Virus record (IMG/VR): IMGVR_UViG_3300001848_000349
Location: 481-64,480 of that record
DNA: 64,000 nucleotides
Origin: a virus
Reading direction: 5' to 3' (one strand)
Made by a program: the position numbers and the translations under genes. Each line of letters begins with the position of its first letter. The stretch's first letter is position 1. Below are positions 25,501 through 34,016 of this stretch, piece after piece. Below the pieces are notes generated by a model. It did not search any database, had not been told where the DNA came from, and was given only the letters and a program-made list of their open reading frames with translations.

Positions 25501-28500
25501 TATTTCCTAACGTAGAAGTACCAGTTGTAGTTAAGTTGGCACTAATGCTTACATCTTTTGTGGTTGTTGTCTTACCAGTTCCATTTGGTGTGATAACAAT
25601 ATCACCGTTAGTTGTTGTTGACGAAAGAACATTACCAGTAATCTTAAGAGTTTCAACAATAACACCTGTAGCATCAATAGAAGCAAGAGTGCTTCCAGTC
25701 ATTCTTAAGTTGTTAGCATTAAGAGTTCCAGTAACAGTTAATGTTGCCGATGTTACTCCAGATCCAATGTCAACAGAGTTTAATGTAGTTACTTTACCAG
25801 TACCATTAGCAGAAAGAATGATATTACCGTTAGTGTTTGTCGAACTAATAGTATTGGTATTGATTGAAAGGTTTCCTAGAGAAGATGTAGAAGTAACCGT
25901 TAAGTTGGCACTGATGCTTACATCTTTTGTGGTTGTTGTCTTACCACTACCATTCGGTGTAATAACAATATCTGAATTTGCTACTACAGATTGAAGAGCA
26001 TTACCAATGATTCTTAAATTCTCAACATTAATTCCAAGTGAATTTGTCGAAGTAATATCATTGGCATTTAAGAAAATATTGTCAACTGTTGTATCACCAA
26101 CAACAACTAATGATGATAAGTCTCCTGAATTACCGAAAGAAACATCATCTACTGTAATAATTTTTCCAGTGCCATTAGCATCTAAAATAATATCGCCATT
26201 TGTATTAGTAGAACTAATTGTATTGGCAACTATATTAATATTTCCTGCTTGTAAATTACTAAATGTAGCAATTCCTAATAAAGTATTACCATCAACTTTT
26301 AAATCTCCTTTTACTTGTAACAATCCAGTAGCATCACCAACAGCAGCTGGGTCAATAATAATTGTTGAGTTAGATGATGTGATTTGATTATCAGTAACTT
26401 TTAACGTTTCAATATTAACACCACCAGTTCCATTAGCATAAATTGTTAGATCACCATTGGTATTTGTTGTAGTAATAGTGTTTCCATTTAGATTAATATT
26501 ATCTGCTTGTAGATCACCATTTACAGTTACAGTAACATCTAGAGGAGTTGAAATATTTCCAAAGGTAGTATTGGCATTAAATTGCTCTAAGCTAGCATGT
26601 GTAATAGTATTACCAGTGCCAGCTTGAATTGTCATATCACCACTAGTACTTAATGTGCTAGTTCCTAACGTGAATGTATTAGCAATTAAAGTGCCAGTAA
26701 CAGTTAATGTTGAATTATTTGCTACTGTTCCAATATCTACATTATTAATTGTGGTTACTTTACCAGTACCATTTGGAGAAAGAATGATATTACCGTTAGT
26801 GTTTGTTGAACTAATTGTATTAGTAGCAACTCTTAAATTATCTAAGTTTGTTGTTCCAGTAATAGTAACAGTTCCAGAAATATCAGTGCTCTTAGTGATG
26901 TTTAGTTTACCAGTTCCGTTTGGAGATAATGTAATACTACCGTTTGTATTAGTAGCTAAAATTGTATTACCGTTAAAATTAAAGTTATCTAAGTTTGTTT
27001 CACCAATAACCGTTAAGATAGATTCATCAGATGTTTTACCAAAATTTACATCATTATAAGTTACTAATTTACCAGTGCCATTAGCAGCAATGATAATATC
27101 TGAATTAGTTTTTGTACCAGTAATTGTTGTGCTATTAATATTAAGATAATCAGCAGTAAATGTACCGAATACACTTACATCAGCAATATTAGCAAAAGTT
27201 AATTCTTCGGCACTAATGAAAGTATTTGTGTAATTACTTAAAGTGATAACAGTTCCATTAATACCAGAAACTGTAGTTCCAGATGGAATACTAGTAAATG
27301 AAGTATTTGATTCTACGTCATTTCCATTAGAAATACCAACTGCTGAAACTACATTAACTCTTAATGGATCGTAGGTTGTGAGATTTCCAGTTACTCCTGT
27401 TGATAATGTAGACGAAATGTTTATCTTTTGAGTAATCGTAGCAACAGTTAAAGTTAAATCAGATCCAGTAGCACCAATGCTTGCTACAGGAACTGTGATA
27501 GTTTCATTGACAGCAAAAGAAGCACCGCCATCATCTACAACAACAGTAGAAGCGGCACCAGTAGCATCAATTGTAATTGTGAAGGCAGCACCGACTCCAG
27601 AAGCAGATCCACTTAAATTTGTTACAGAATACACTCCAGCAGTTCTAGCAGGATCAGCACTACTTGTAGTTACTGTAGCAATGTATCCACTAATAATTGA
27701 AGTAATGTACGTTGTAGATGGAATTGAAGCAGAAACAAATCTATAACCAACTCCAATTAAAGATAAATCATCTGTAGATAAGAAATAGTTATTACCAGAA
27801 GTTCCAGATAATGTAATTAAATCATATAATGATGTAGCAGTAGAAGTGGCATAAAGAACACCGAATTTGTTTGTTCCTGTAGTTGTTGTAGTACCACTAA
27901 TTAAAGTATTACCAGCAACTGTTAAAGTTCCACCAATGTAAACATCTTTTACAATTCCAGCACCACCAGCAACATATAAAGCACCAGTTAATGTGTCAGT
28001 AGCATTACTTGTTGAATTAATTCTAACGATAGGTATAGTGTTACTAATTTCTAACGATAATGGACTATTGACATCAGTAGGAGCAGTTCTACCAAGTGTC
28101 ATTCTTTGAACACCACCAGTATAGAATTCTAAAGTATTATTAGATTCATTTGGACTTCTTTCTGGAATAATGTATGTTTGGTTGTCTACAGATCTTACAC
28201 CACCAAGAGAACCCCAGGCAGTTCCGTTATATCCTTCGAAGTATAATCCAGTGGTATTAAATCTAACCATACCAGCTACACCAGTTGGTTGTTGTGATGT
28301 TAAACCAGCTGGTAATAGCATAGCATTTGTGCCACTTATCTGTACATAACCAGTTCCATTTGGTGTTAAGAACAGATTTCCGTTAGTATTTTCTGTGGAA
28401 AGTGTATTAGTAGTTAATCCTAAGTTTCCAATGTATGCTTTTCTGCTGAGATAGATATCTCTCCATTTCTGAGAACTTGTACCAATATCATAGGTAGCAG

Positions 28501-31500
28501 TTACATCAGGAATAATTGTCGAGTTAATATCAGCATTAAATACAATGTTATCAGTGTTTAAATCACCAAATGTGATTGTACCACCAGTTCCTTGACCAGC
28601 TCTAAATGTAATATCTCCATTAACTGTAAGGTTTCCAGAAACAGTTGTATTCTTATGGAGAGTAATAGATTCAGCACCAGTTGAAGTTGATAATGTGATA
28701 TATGGATTTGTGCTTTCCTTAATTACAAATGACGAAGCGTTGTTGTTTAGAATCGTTAGAGAAGTAGCAGCTGCTGAAGTATCAACTGTTCCGCCTTGAA
28801 CAGTTAGAGTTCCTGAAATTACTGTATTACCTGTTGTAGAAGCAACCGTGAATTTGTTGACGGGAGTTCCAGCACCATCATTAATAAAGAAGTCTTGTGA
28901 AGTTCCACCCTTGAAGATAAAATCTCCAGTTCCATTTGGATCAATTGTAATATCACCATTAGCATTTTCCGTTGAAATTGTATTGGCAGTTAATCCAATA
29001 TTTCCAATAAATGCTTTTGTTGATAGGTATAGATTAGACCACTTATTAGTTGCTGAACCAAAATCATAAGCAGCAGATGAAGATGGAATAAAAGATGATC
29101 CAATATAAGAATTGAATATTGATGTATCAGCAGTAGCATCACCAAATGTTAGTGTTCCTCCAGCACCACCTTTAAAGTTTACACTTCCATCTACAGTAAG
29201 AGTTCCATTAAATGTAGTGTTCTTTGTAACAGTAATTGCTTCAGAACCAGTGGTTGTTGTTACAGTTACATAAGCATTAGATCCTTCTTTAATGGCAAAA
29301 GAAGAAGCATTGTTATTGATAATTGATAATGTTGTAGCAGCAGCAGAAACATTTACTGTTCCACCAGAGATTGTGGCATTACCAGAAATAGTTGTGTCAC
29401 CTGATGATGAAAGAACATTAAACTTAGTAGTAGTTCCATCGTTGATGACAAAGTTTTGAGAAGCTCCACCAGTAAACTGTAGATTTCCAGTTCCATTAGG
29501 ATCTAGAATAATATTTCCGTTTGTGTTGGTAGAAGCAATTGTGTTGTCAGTTACATCAACATTTAAATTGCCGATATAAGCACCACCAGAAAGATAAAGA
29601 TCTTTCCATTTTAATGTTGCTGTACCAAAGTCTCTAGTACCAGTAGTAGAAGGTACGAAATCACTAGCAACTCTAGCATTTACGGTTACTGTATCACTTG
29701 TAGCATCACCTATTGTTGTGTTGCCGTTTACTGTTAAGTTGCTGGTAATCGTTACATTAGTGCTAAAGGTAGTGTCTTTATGTAAGGTAATCGATTCTGT
29801 GCCAGTTGTGCTGTTCAGTGTTACATAAGAATTTGATCCTTGTTTGATCGTAAATGCTGAGGCATTATTTGTAATAATACCAACATTGGTTGCTACTGCT
29901 GATACATCAACTGTACCTCCAGAAACTGTAGCATTTCCTGAAACGTTGATAAATCCAGAGATTGTTGTGTCACCTGTTGTTGATAATACATTAAATTTAG
30001 TTACAGGAGTTCCAGCACCATCATTGATTGTGAAGTTTTGAGAAGCACCACCTTTATAGATAAAGCTACCAGTTCCATTAGGATCAATTGTGATGTTTCC
30101 GTTTGTATTGGTAGAAGAGATTACGTTGGTATCTAATAGTAAGTTAGCAAAATAACCACTAGTGCCAGCGTATACTGTTCTCCATTTTTGTGATGAGGAA
30201 CCTAAGTCATAAGTATTATTGAGATCAGGTATAAAGCTTGAATTAACATCAGCATTAAAAACGATATTGTCAGTATTGAGATCACCTAAAGTAATTGTAC
30301 CAGGGGTTGAACTACCAGCTCTAAATGTAATATCTCCATCAACAGTTAAAGTACCATTGACAAGAGTATTTTTGTGAAGAGTAATTGATTCAGAACCAGT
30401 AGTGGTATTTACAGTAATGTAAGAATTGGCACCTTGTTTTACTGTAAGTGCTGAAGCATTATTTGTAATGATTGGAATATTAGTTGCTACTGCCGATACA
30501 TCTACAGTACCACCAGAGATTGTGGCATTACCAGAAACGTTAACAAATCCTGAGATTGTAGTGTCACCTGATGTTGAAAGAACATTAAATTTAGTTGTAG
30601 TTCCATCATTGACTGTGAAGTTTTGGGAAGCTCCACCTGTAATTACTACACTTCCAGTACCGTTTGGATCAAATACGATGTTTCCATTGGTATTTGTGGA
30701 AGAAATAGTATTACCAGTTGTCCTAATATTTCCAGCATAGATGTTCGATGCTGCCCAAATATCTTTCCATTTGAGAGATGTACTACCTAAATCGTAAGTA
30801 TTGGTTGTTAGAGGTAATACGTTGGAACTTACTTCAGCATTAAATGTGATGCTATCTGTGTTAGCATCACCCAAAGTAATTGATCCAGTTGATCCATTAC
30901 CAGCTCTAAAGGTAATATCTCCATCAACAATTAAATTGCCATTAATATTTGTATTCTTATGAAGAGTGATGGATTCTGAACCACTTGTAGTATTTAATGT
31001 TACATAAGAATTAGCACCTTGTTTAAAGGTAAAAGCAGTAGCATTATTGTTGATGATAGAAACATTAGTAGCAACTGCTGAAGTATCTACAGTACCACCT
31101 TTTACTGTTAATGTTCCTTCAGTTACTGTATTGCCAGATGTAGTAGCAACAGTAAATTTATTAACAGGTGTTGGAGTTGTACCATCGTTAATAACAAAAC
31201 TTTGTGAAGCACCGCCAGTAAACTGGAAATTTCCAGTTCCGTTAGGATCAATAATGATGTTACCATTGGTATTTGTAGATGATACAGTATTTCCATCAAC
31301 TCTTAAATTATCTAAATTGGTTTGACCAATTACAGTAAGAATTGACTCATCCGCTAATGTACCTAGGTTGACATCATTTACTGTTTCTACGACACCAGTT
31401 CCATTAGGAGTTAAGGTAATATTACCATTAGTATCAGTGGAACTGAGAACGTTACCATCAATTCTTAAATTATCAGCATTAAACTGTCCAATAACAGTTA

Positions 31501-33808
31501 CCGTTGATAGATCTCCTAATGATCCAAAAGTAATATCACCATTCGTATTGATATTTCCAATTACATTGTATGATCCAGTAACATACAAATCACTATCAAT
31601 TGTTACTGAATTGGAACCAGCTGGAGAAAGAGTAATTCCGCCAGTTGTGGTTTCAATATTATTATTATTAAAATCTAGATTACCTACAGTTATATTTGTA
31701 GGAGTAATGACTGTTGATGTTACGTTATCAGTTACTGTTAAATTGGAAAGACTTGAAATACTAAATGCCTGTGATCCAAAGTTTAATGTTCCCTGTTTTT
31801 GATCAACTTCAAATACATCTCCAATCTTTACATTACCTCTTTGATCAATTGTGACATATGAAATATCACCACCATTGACTTTAATAATTTCATTTGCTTT
31901 AATGGTGTTTGATTGATCTTGTGAAAAATCTTTTCCTGATCCTACAAAATTTAAATTGAATGAGATCAAACGAAGTCTAGTTCCTACACCATCTGCTTTT
32001 ACTCCGTAGGTTCCAAACTCTACAGCAGATGAAATAGATCTCATTTCAGCACCAAACTGTTGGTAATCTGCTAAAATAATTCTTGAAGCCGTTGCTACTG
32101 TTGATGTATCTCCAGCATTTCTAATTCTAATATCTTGAACCGCTACTGAGTCATCAACAATAATTTTTGAGTTATTTGATCCATCAAAATGAAGCATTAA
32201 TGTAGCAAAAGTATCACTAGCATAAGCAAATGATGCTGGAGTGAATGTTGTATCGTATCTTCCGATACCCTGACTAATTCTAAGTTCATCAATATATCCA
32301 GTTAAACCATACAATCCGTTAAAATTAGCACCGATATTTACTGTGCTTTGTGGATATGTATTGTTATCAGTATAAGGTGAACCTTGTAAAGTACCATTAA
32401 CAAATAATCTAGTAGTATTAGATTTTCTTGATAAGGCAATATGATACCATGTATTAGTGCTTAATGTAGTAGTACCTACAATTTTATCAGCACCTGTTGT
32501 GTAGTATCTTACTACATTACCACTGATATAAATTACTGGTTGTGTATCTCCAGCAACAGTTCTTTGATCAAATAAAACTTGATCTACATTGTTTACGTTT
32601 CTTCGTACCCAAAAATCTACAGTGAAATCTCCAGTTCCATATTCAAAATCTGGACTTGAAGCATATGTAATATAATCCGATGTTCCTGGTAAATATAATG
32701 ATGCTGTACCAAATTTGTATTGAGCAGTTGATAAAGCAGCATTATTAATAACTGTAGCAACTTTTGCTGTTCTATCAGCTGGATCCGAGAATATTCCTGT
32801 ACCTTTGTTAGTTAAGATAACGTAGTTACCAGTGGCAGTTGAATCAATTGTTCCAGAAGCAACTAGGTTTCCAGAAACATCATAATATTTGATGATATTT
32901 CCAGCAGCAATAGATCCAGTAACACCAGATAATCTAAGTCTTGTTTTTCCTTGATTTGCTAAACCTAAAGTTCCAGACTCAGCAAGAATACCATATTGAG
33001 CAAAATATGAAAAACAATTAATCCATTCTACTCTTGCTCCATTTGTCATTCGGAGAGAAGTAGCATTTGGACATATTAAAGTAACTTCATTACATAAAAT
33101 AGCTGGTTCTAATGTAGTATATTGAACTACAGAACCATCAACTAAAATACCACACCCAGCATCACCAGAAGCAAATCCATAAGGATCTGATGAAGAAGTA
33201 ACAGATCCTTTGTTTAATACAGTAATTCTTTGAAGGTAAGGACTTCTTTGTAATGTTGTGCTATTTGTAGCAAATCTAAATGCCCATCCTGTGTTTAGAA
33301 GTGGGTTGAAGAACATATCTCCAACTGTAAGATCTTCTACTCCAGTATCTCCATTGAGTAAAAAACAATCTTTTGTATTAGTTGCTGGAGTTGGTACAAT
33401 CTTTGTTGAACGAATAGTTGTACCTTTAACTGTTACACCAGCTGGAATAGTAAGAGGAAAAATCTCTTGGAAAGTACCAGGACCAATATGAATTGTGTCA
33501 CCAAAAGATGCCTGTGAAAGAGCATACTTTACAGTTCTAAAAGCAACGTTTCTAGTCCTTCCTGGATTTTTTCTATATCCAGCAGAAGTAGGATCGTTAT
33601 CAATTGAGTCAACACCGTTTGTACTAACATACCAAACAGTCCCTTCATATGAAGAGACTGTTCCATCAAGATAATTAATTGCTCTAGCAAGAGTATTTGG
33701 TAATGGCGTGTTAAGCGAAGAAATATCGCCTAAATCAGCTCCTATTAAATTAACTTGTTGACGTTGCTGTTCTAAGGTAAAATTCTTAGCTACATTTCTA
33801 ACTGCCAT
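22541..33808 (-). CDS. Long tail-fibre-like virion protein (3755 aa) with beta-helix, LamG/ConA-like lectin domain and many ISSTNTNGNIxLxPNGTG repeats
   Basis: WYVSTNG...GDTIHIGPG beta-helix start; FGTASLYL...GDFTVDFWV...WYHIAL...GYIDELRIS LamG motif; two RFNT...FEGY.G..WGS.GG modules; C-terminal YRSAKVLIQ domain. Confidence 0.85.
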   Translation of the reverse strand: MAVRNVAKNFTLEQQRQQVNLIGADLGDISSLNTPLPNTLARAINYLDGTVSSYEGTVWYVSTNGVDSIDNDPTSAGYRKNPGRTRNVAFRTVKYALSQASFGDTIHIGPGTFQEIFPLTIPAGVTVKGTTIRSTKIVPTPATNTKDCFLLNGDTGVEDLTVGDMFFNPLLNTGWAFRFATNSTTLQRSPYLQRITVLNKGSVTSSSDPYGFASGDAGCGILVDGSVVQYTTLEPAILCNEVTLICPNATSLRMTNGARVEWINCFSYFAQYGILAESGTLGLANQGKTRLRLSGVTGSIAAGNIIKYYDVSGNLVASGTIDSTATGNYVILTNKGTGIFSDPADRTAKVATVINNAALSTAQYKFGTASLYLPGTSDYITYASSPDFEYGTGDFTVDFWVRRNVNNVDQVLFDQRTVAGDTQPVIYISGNVVRYYTTGADKIVGTTTLSTNTWYHIALSRKSNTTRLFVNGTLQGSPYTDNNTYPQSTVNIGANFNGLYGLTGYIDELRISQGIGRYDTTFTPASFAYASDTFATLMLHFDGSNNSKIIVDDSVAVQDIRIRNAGDTSTVATASRIILADYQQFGAEMRSISSAVEFGTYGVKADGVGTRLRLISFNLNFVGSGKDFSQDQSNTIKANEIIKVNGGDISYVTIDQRGNVKIGDVFEVDQKQGTLNFGSQAFSISSLSNLTVTDNVTSTVITPTNITVGNLDFNNNNIETTTGGITLSPAGSNSVTIDSDLYVTGSYNVIGNINTNGDITFGSLGDLSTVTVIGQFNADNLRIDGNVLSSTDTNGNITLTPNGTGVVETVNDVNLGTLADESILTVIGQTNLDNLRVDGNTVSSTNTNGNIIIDPNGTGNFQFTGGASQSFVINDGTTPTPVNKFTVATTSGNTVTEGTLTVKGGTVDTSAVATNVSIINNNATAFTFKQGANSYVTLNTTSGSESITLHKNTNINGNLIVDGDITFRAGNGSTGSITLGDANTDSITFNAEVSSNVLPLTTNTYDLGSTSLKWKDIWAASNIYAGNIRTTGNTISSTNTNGNIVFDPNGTGSVVITGGASQNFTVNDGTTTKFNVLSTSGDTTISGFVNVSGNATISGGTVDVSAVATNIPIITNNASALTVKQGANSYITVNTTTGSESITLHKNTLVNGTLTVDGDITFRAGSSTPGTITLGDLNTDNIVFNADVNSSFIPDLNNTYDLGSSSQKWRTVYAGTSGYFANLLLDTNVISSTNTNGNITIDPNGTGSFIYKGGASQNFTINDGAGTPVTKFNVLSTTGDTTISGFINVSGNATVSGGTVDVSAVATNVGIITNNASAFTIKQGSNSYVTLNSTTGTESITLHKDTTFSTNVTITSNLTVNGNTTIGDATSDTVTVNARVASDFVPSTTGTRDFGTATLKWKDLYLSGGAYIGNLNVDVTDNTIASTNTNGNIILDPNGTGNLQFTGGASQNFVINDGTTTKFNVLSSSGDTTISGNATISGGTVNVSAAATTLSIINNNASSFAIKEGSNAYVTVTTTTGSEAITVTKNTTFNGTLTVDGSVNFKGGAGGTLTFGDATADTSIFNSYIGSSFIPSSSAAYDFGSATNKWSNLYLSTKAFIGNIGLTANTISTENANGDITIDPNGTGDFIFKGGTSQDFFINDGAGTPVNKFTVASTTGNTVISGTLTVQGGTVDTSAAATSLTILNNNASSFVIKESTNPYITLSTSTGAESITLHKNTTVSGNLTVNGDITFRAGQGTGGTITFGDLNTDNIVFNADINSTIIPDVTATYDIGTSSQKWRDIYLSRKAYIGNLGLTTNTLSTENTNGNLFLTPNGTGYVQISGTNAMLLPAGLTSQQPTGVAGMVRFNTTGLYFEGYNGTAWGSLGGVRSVDNQTYIIPERSPNESNNTLEFYTGGVQRMTLGRTAPTDVNSPLSLEISNTIPIVRINSTSNATDTLTGALYVAGGAGIVKDVYIGGTLTVAGNTLISGTTTTTGTNKFGVLYATSTATSLYDLITLSGTSGNNYFLSTDDLSLIGVGYRFVSASIPSTTYITSIISGYIATVTTSSADPARTAGVYSVTNLSGSASGVGAAFTITIDATGAASTVVVDDGGASFAVNETITVPVASIGATGSDLTLTVATITQKINISSTLSTGVTGNLTTYDPLRVNVVSAVGISNGNDVESNTSFTSIPSGTTVSGINGTVITLSNYTNTFISAEELTFANIADVSVFGTFTADYLNINSTTITGTKTNSDIIIAANGTGKLVTYNDVNFGKTSDESILTVIGETNLDNFNFNGNTILATNTNGSITLSPNGTGKLNITKSTDISGTVTITGTTNLDNLRVATNTISSTNTNGNIILSPNGTGKVTTINNVDIGTVANNSTLTVTGTLIANTFTLGTSTLSTSGDMTIQAGTGNTITHASLEQFNANTTFGNISTPLDVTVTVNGDLQADNINLNGNTITTTNTNGDLTIYANGTGGVNIETLKVTDNQITSSNSTIIIDPAAVGDATGLLQVKGDLKVDGNTLLGIATFSNLQAGNINIVANTISSTNTNGDIILDANGTGKIITVDDVSFGNSGDLSSLVVVGDTTVDNIFLNANDITSTNSLGINVENLRIIGNALQSVVANSDIVITPNGSGKTTTTKDVSISANLTVTSTSSLGNLSINTNTISSTNTNGNIILSANGTGKVTTLNSVDIGSGVTSATLTVTGTLNANNLRMTGSTLASIDATGVIVETLKITGNVLSSTTTNGDIVITPNGTGKTTTTKDVSISANLTTTGTSTLGNIAINTNTISSTNTNGNIILSPNGTGKVTTINAVDIGTGPNNSTLTVTGTLNANNLRMTGSTLTSIDTTGVIIETLKINTNVLSSTTANGDIVLTPNGTGKTTTTKDVSISANLTVTSTSTLGNIAVNTNTISSTNTNGNIILSPNGTGKTTTINAVDIGTSVNNSTLTVTGTLNANNLRMTGSTLASIDTTGVIVETLKITGNVLSSVGSNANIVLTPNGTGSTTTAKNFNVTNATLTVTGQFNADNLRITSNTLSSTNTNGNITFLANGNGVVETFNDVNFGKLTDESVLTVVGNFYADNININGNTITNTDTNGDITITGNGTGGVTIEEIRIVSNQITSANSLIVLDPGVVGNNTGDVQIKGNLIIDGTTTTLNSTVVTVDDINIELGSIDTPTDATANGGGITLKASSNKTITWSAASNYWTTNVGLEVQGDLKVDGGTLYHDATNNKLTVNNLEFTTNAIKSNSGDLNYNVNDTSSDFVFNGSLTGNNAIVARTSDYTQTIGLDIASGDLNSIGDLYSKNSKVLKGITLSGNQLIQDTSYVSNSFGVLVRLTTSDINVAQVANGTYNNRVVNGGSGSGGRVNLIVSGGKLLPSNIVIAQGGSGYAIGDSVTATFGNQTINFTVTDVSGSGINIKPSTNGIVKIDTNTGLRVPLGSEAQRPSTEVVTGLIRFNTSRTLFEGYDGSQWGSIGGVRDVDGNTYLLAETSPGANENIFYFYNNGTNSVQLSGTVLELETVRTISNKFSASKKYDLVFSQDGSNYSVLTLNGDTVTMNSTRTAGNLLTINNYNSSPIVELQNTNLSLSQGIFKVDFTTTPILSTTTSNIALNVNGVSFLRFTKQGSSLGAIEIDYSNDGSFETFVDNTGTFVNLKEFTLKSEVSLTFTTDVTIPIFTTSEYRSAKVLIQTSSNGGDYEITEVTCIVDDSNNAYFSESNDVFTSQKIVEYSMAVTAGVLNITVSKVPGYTGTATQFTSKISKTSIRK
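24800..25960 (-). repeat. Three tandem 369-nt (123-aa) units in the 3755-aa fibre
   Basis: gtcatt (RMTG) anchors at 24960, 25329 and 25698, exactly 369 nt apart. Confidence 0.9.
28400..31250 (-). repeat. About five ~190-195-aa units in the 3755-aa fibre
   Basis: agctctaaa (FRAG) anchors at 30902, 30317 and 28598 (585 nt, then 3x573 nt); recurrent GSESITLHK / TYDLG...KW / SQNF.INDG motifs. Confidence 0.8.
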
Positions 33809-34013
33809 TTTTTAATAACTCTCGTAAAAGATTTTTGATATCAGAAAGCTCTTCTTTTAGAAGGTGAACATCTTGTTGGATTTGATGAAACGAAGAAGCA
33901 TTTAGACGTGCTTTTTTGACACTTTCAAATACGCTTTTATCAGTATTTATAATGGCTCCTGTATCCTTATCTCTTACGAGACCATCATGACCACTAACTT
34001 TCAAATAATCCAT
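33798..34013 (-). CDS. Small hypothetical protein with C-terminal coiled coil (71 aa)
   Basis: YLKVSGHDGLVRD..TGAIIN N-terminus, which I recall from cyanomyovirus small proteins after VrlC; overlaps the next start. Confidence 0.8.
   Translation of the reverse strand: MDYLKVSGHDGLVRDKDTGAIINTDKSVFESVKKARLNASSFHQIQQDVHLLKEELSDIKNLLRELLKNGS
33944..33951 (-). promoter_or_regulatory. Possible late promoter TATAAATA inside the 71-aa gene, serving the 3755-aa fibre
   Basis: Perfect consensus about 135 nt upstream of the fibre ATG; could also be a coding coincidence (I-I-N-T). Confidence 0.5.
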
Positions 34014-34016
34014 TTA

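Noticed and set aside
24795-25994. 399-aa + strand ORF and the many other + strand ORFs over the fibre and baseplate genes
   Set aside because: Antisense shadows of Thr/Asn/Gly-rich, A/T-ending codons; they give Val/Leu/Pro-rich text that mirrors the sense repeats, with no promoter or RBS support seen.
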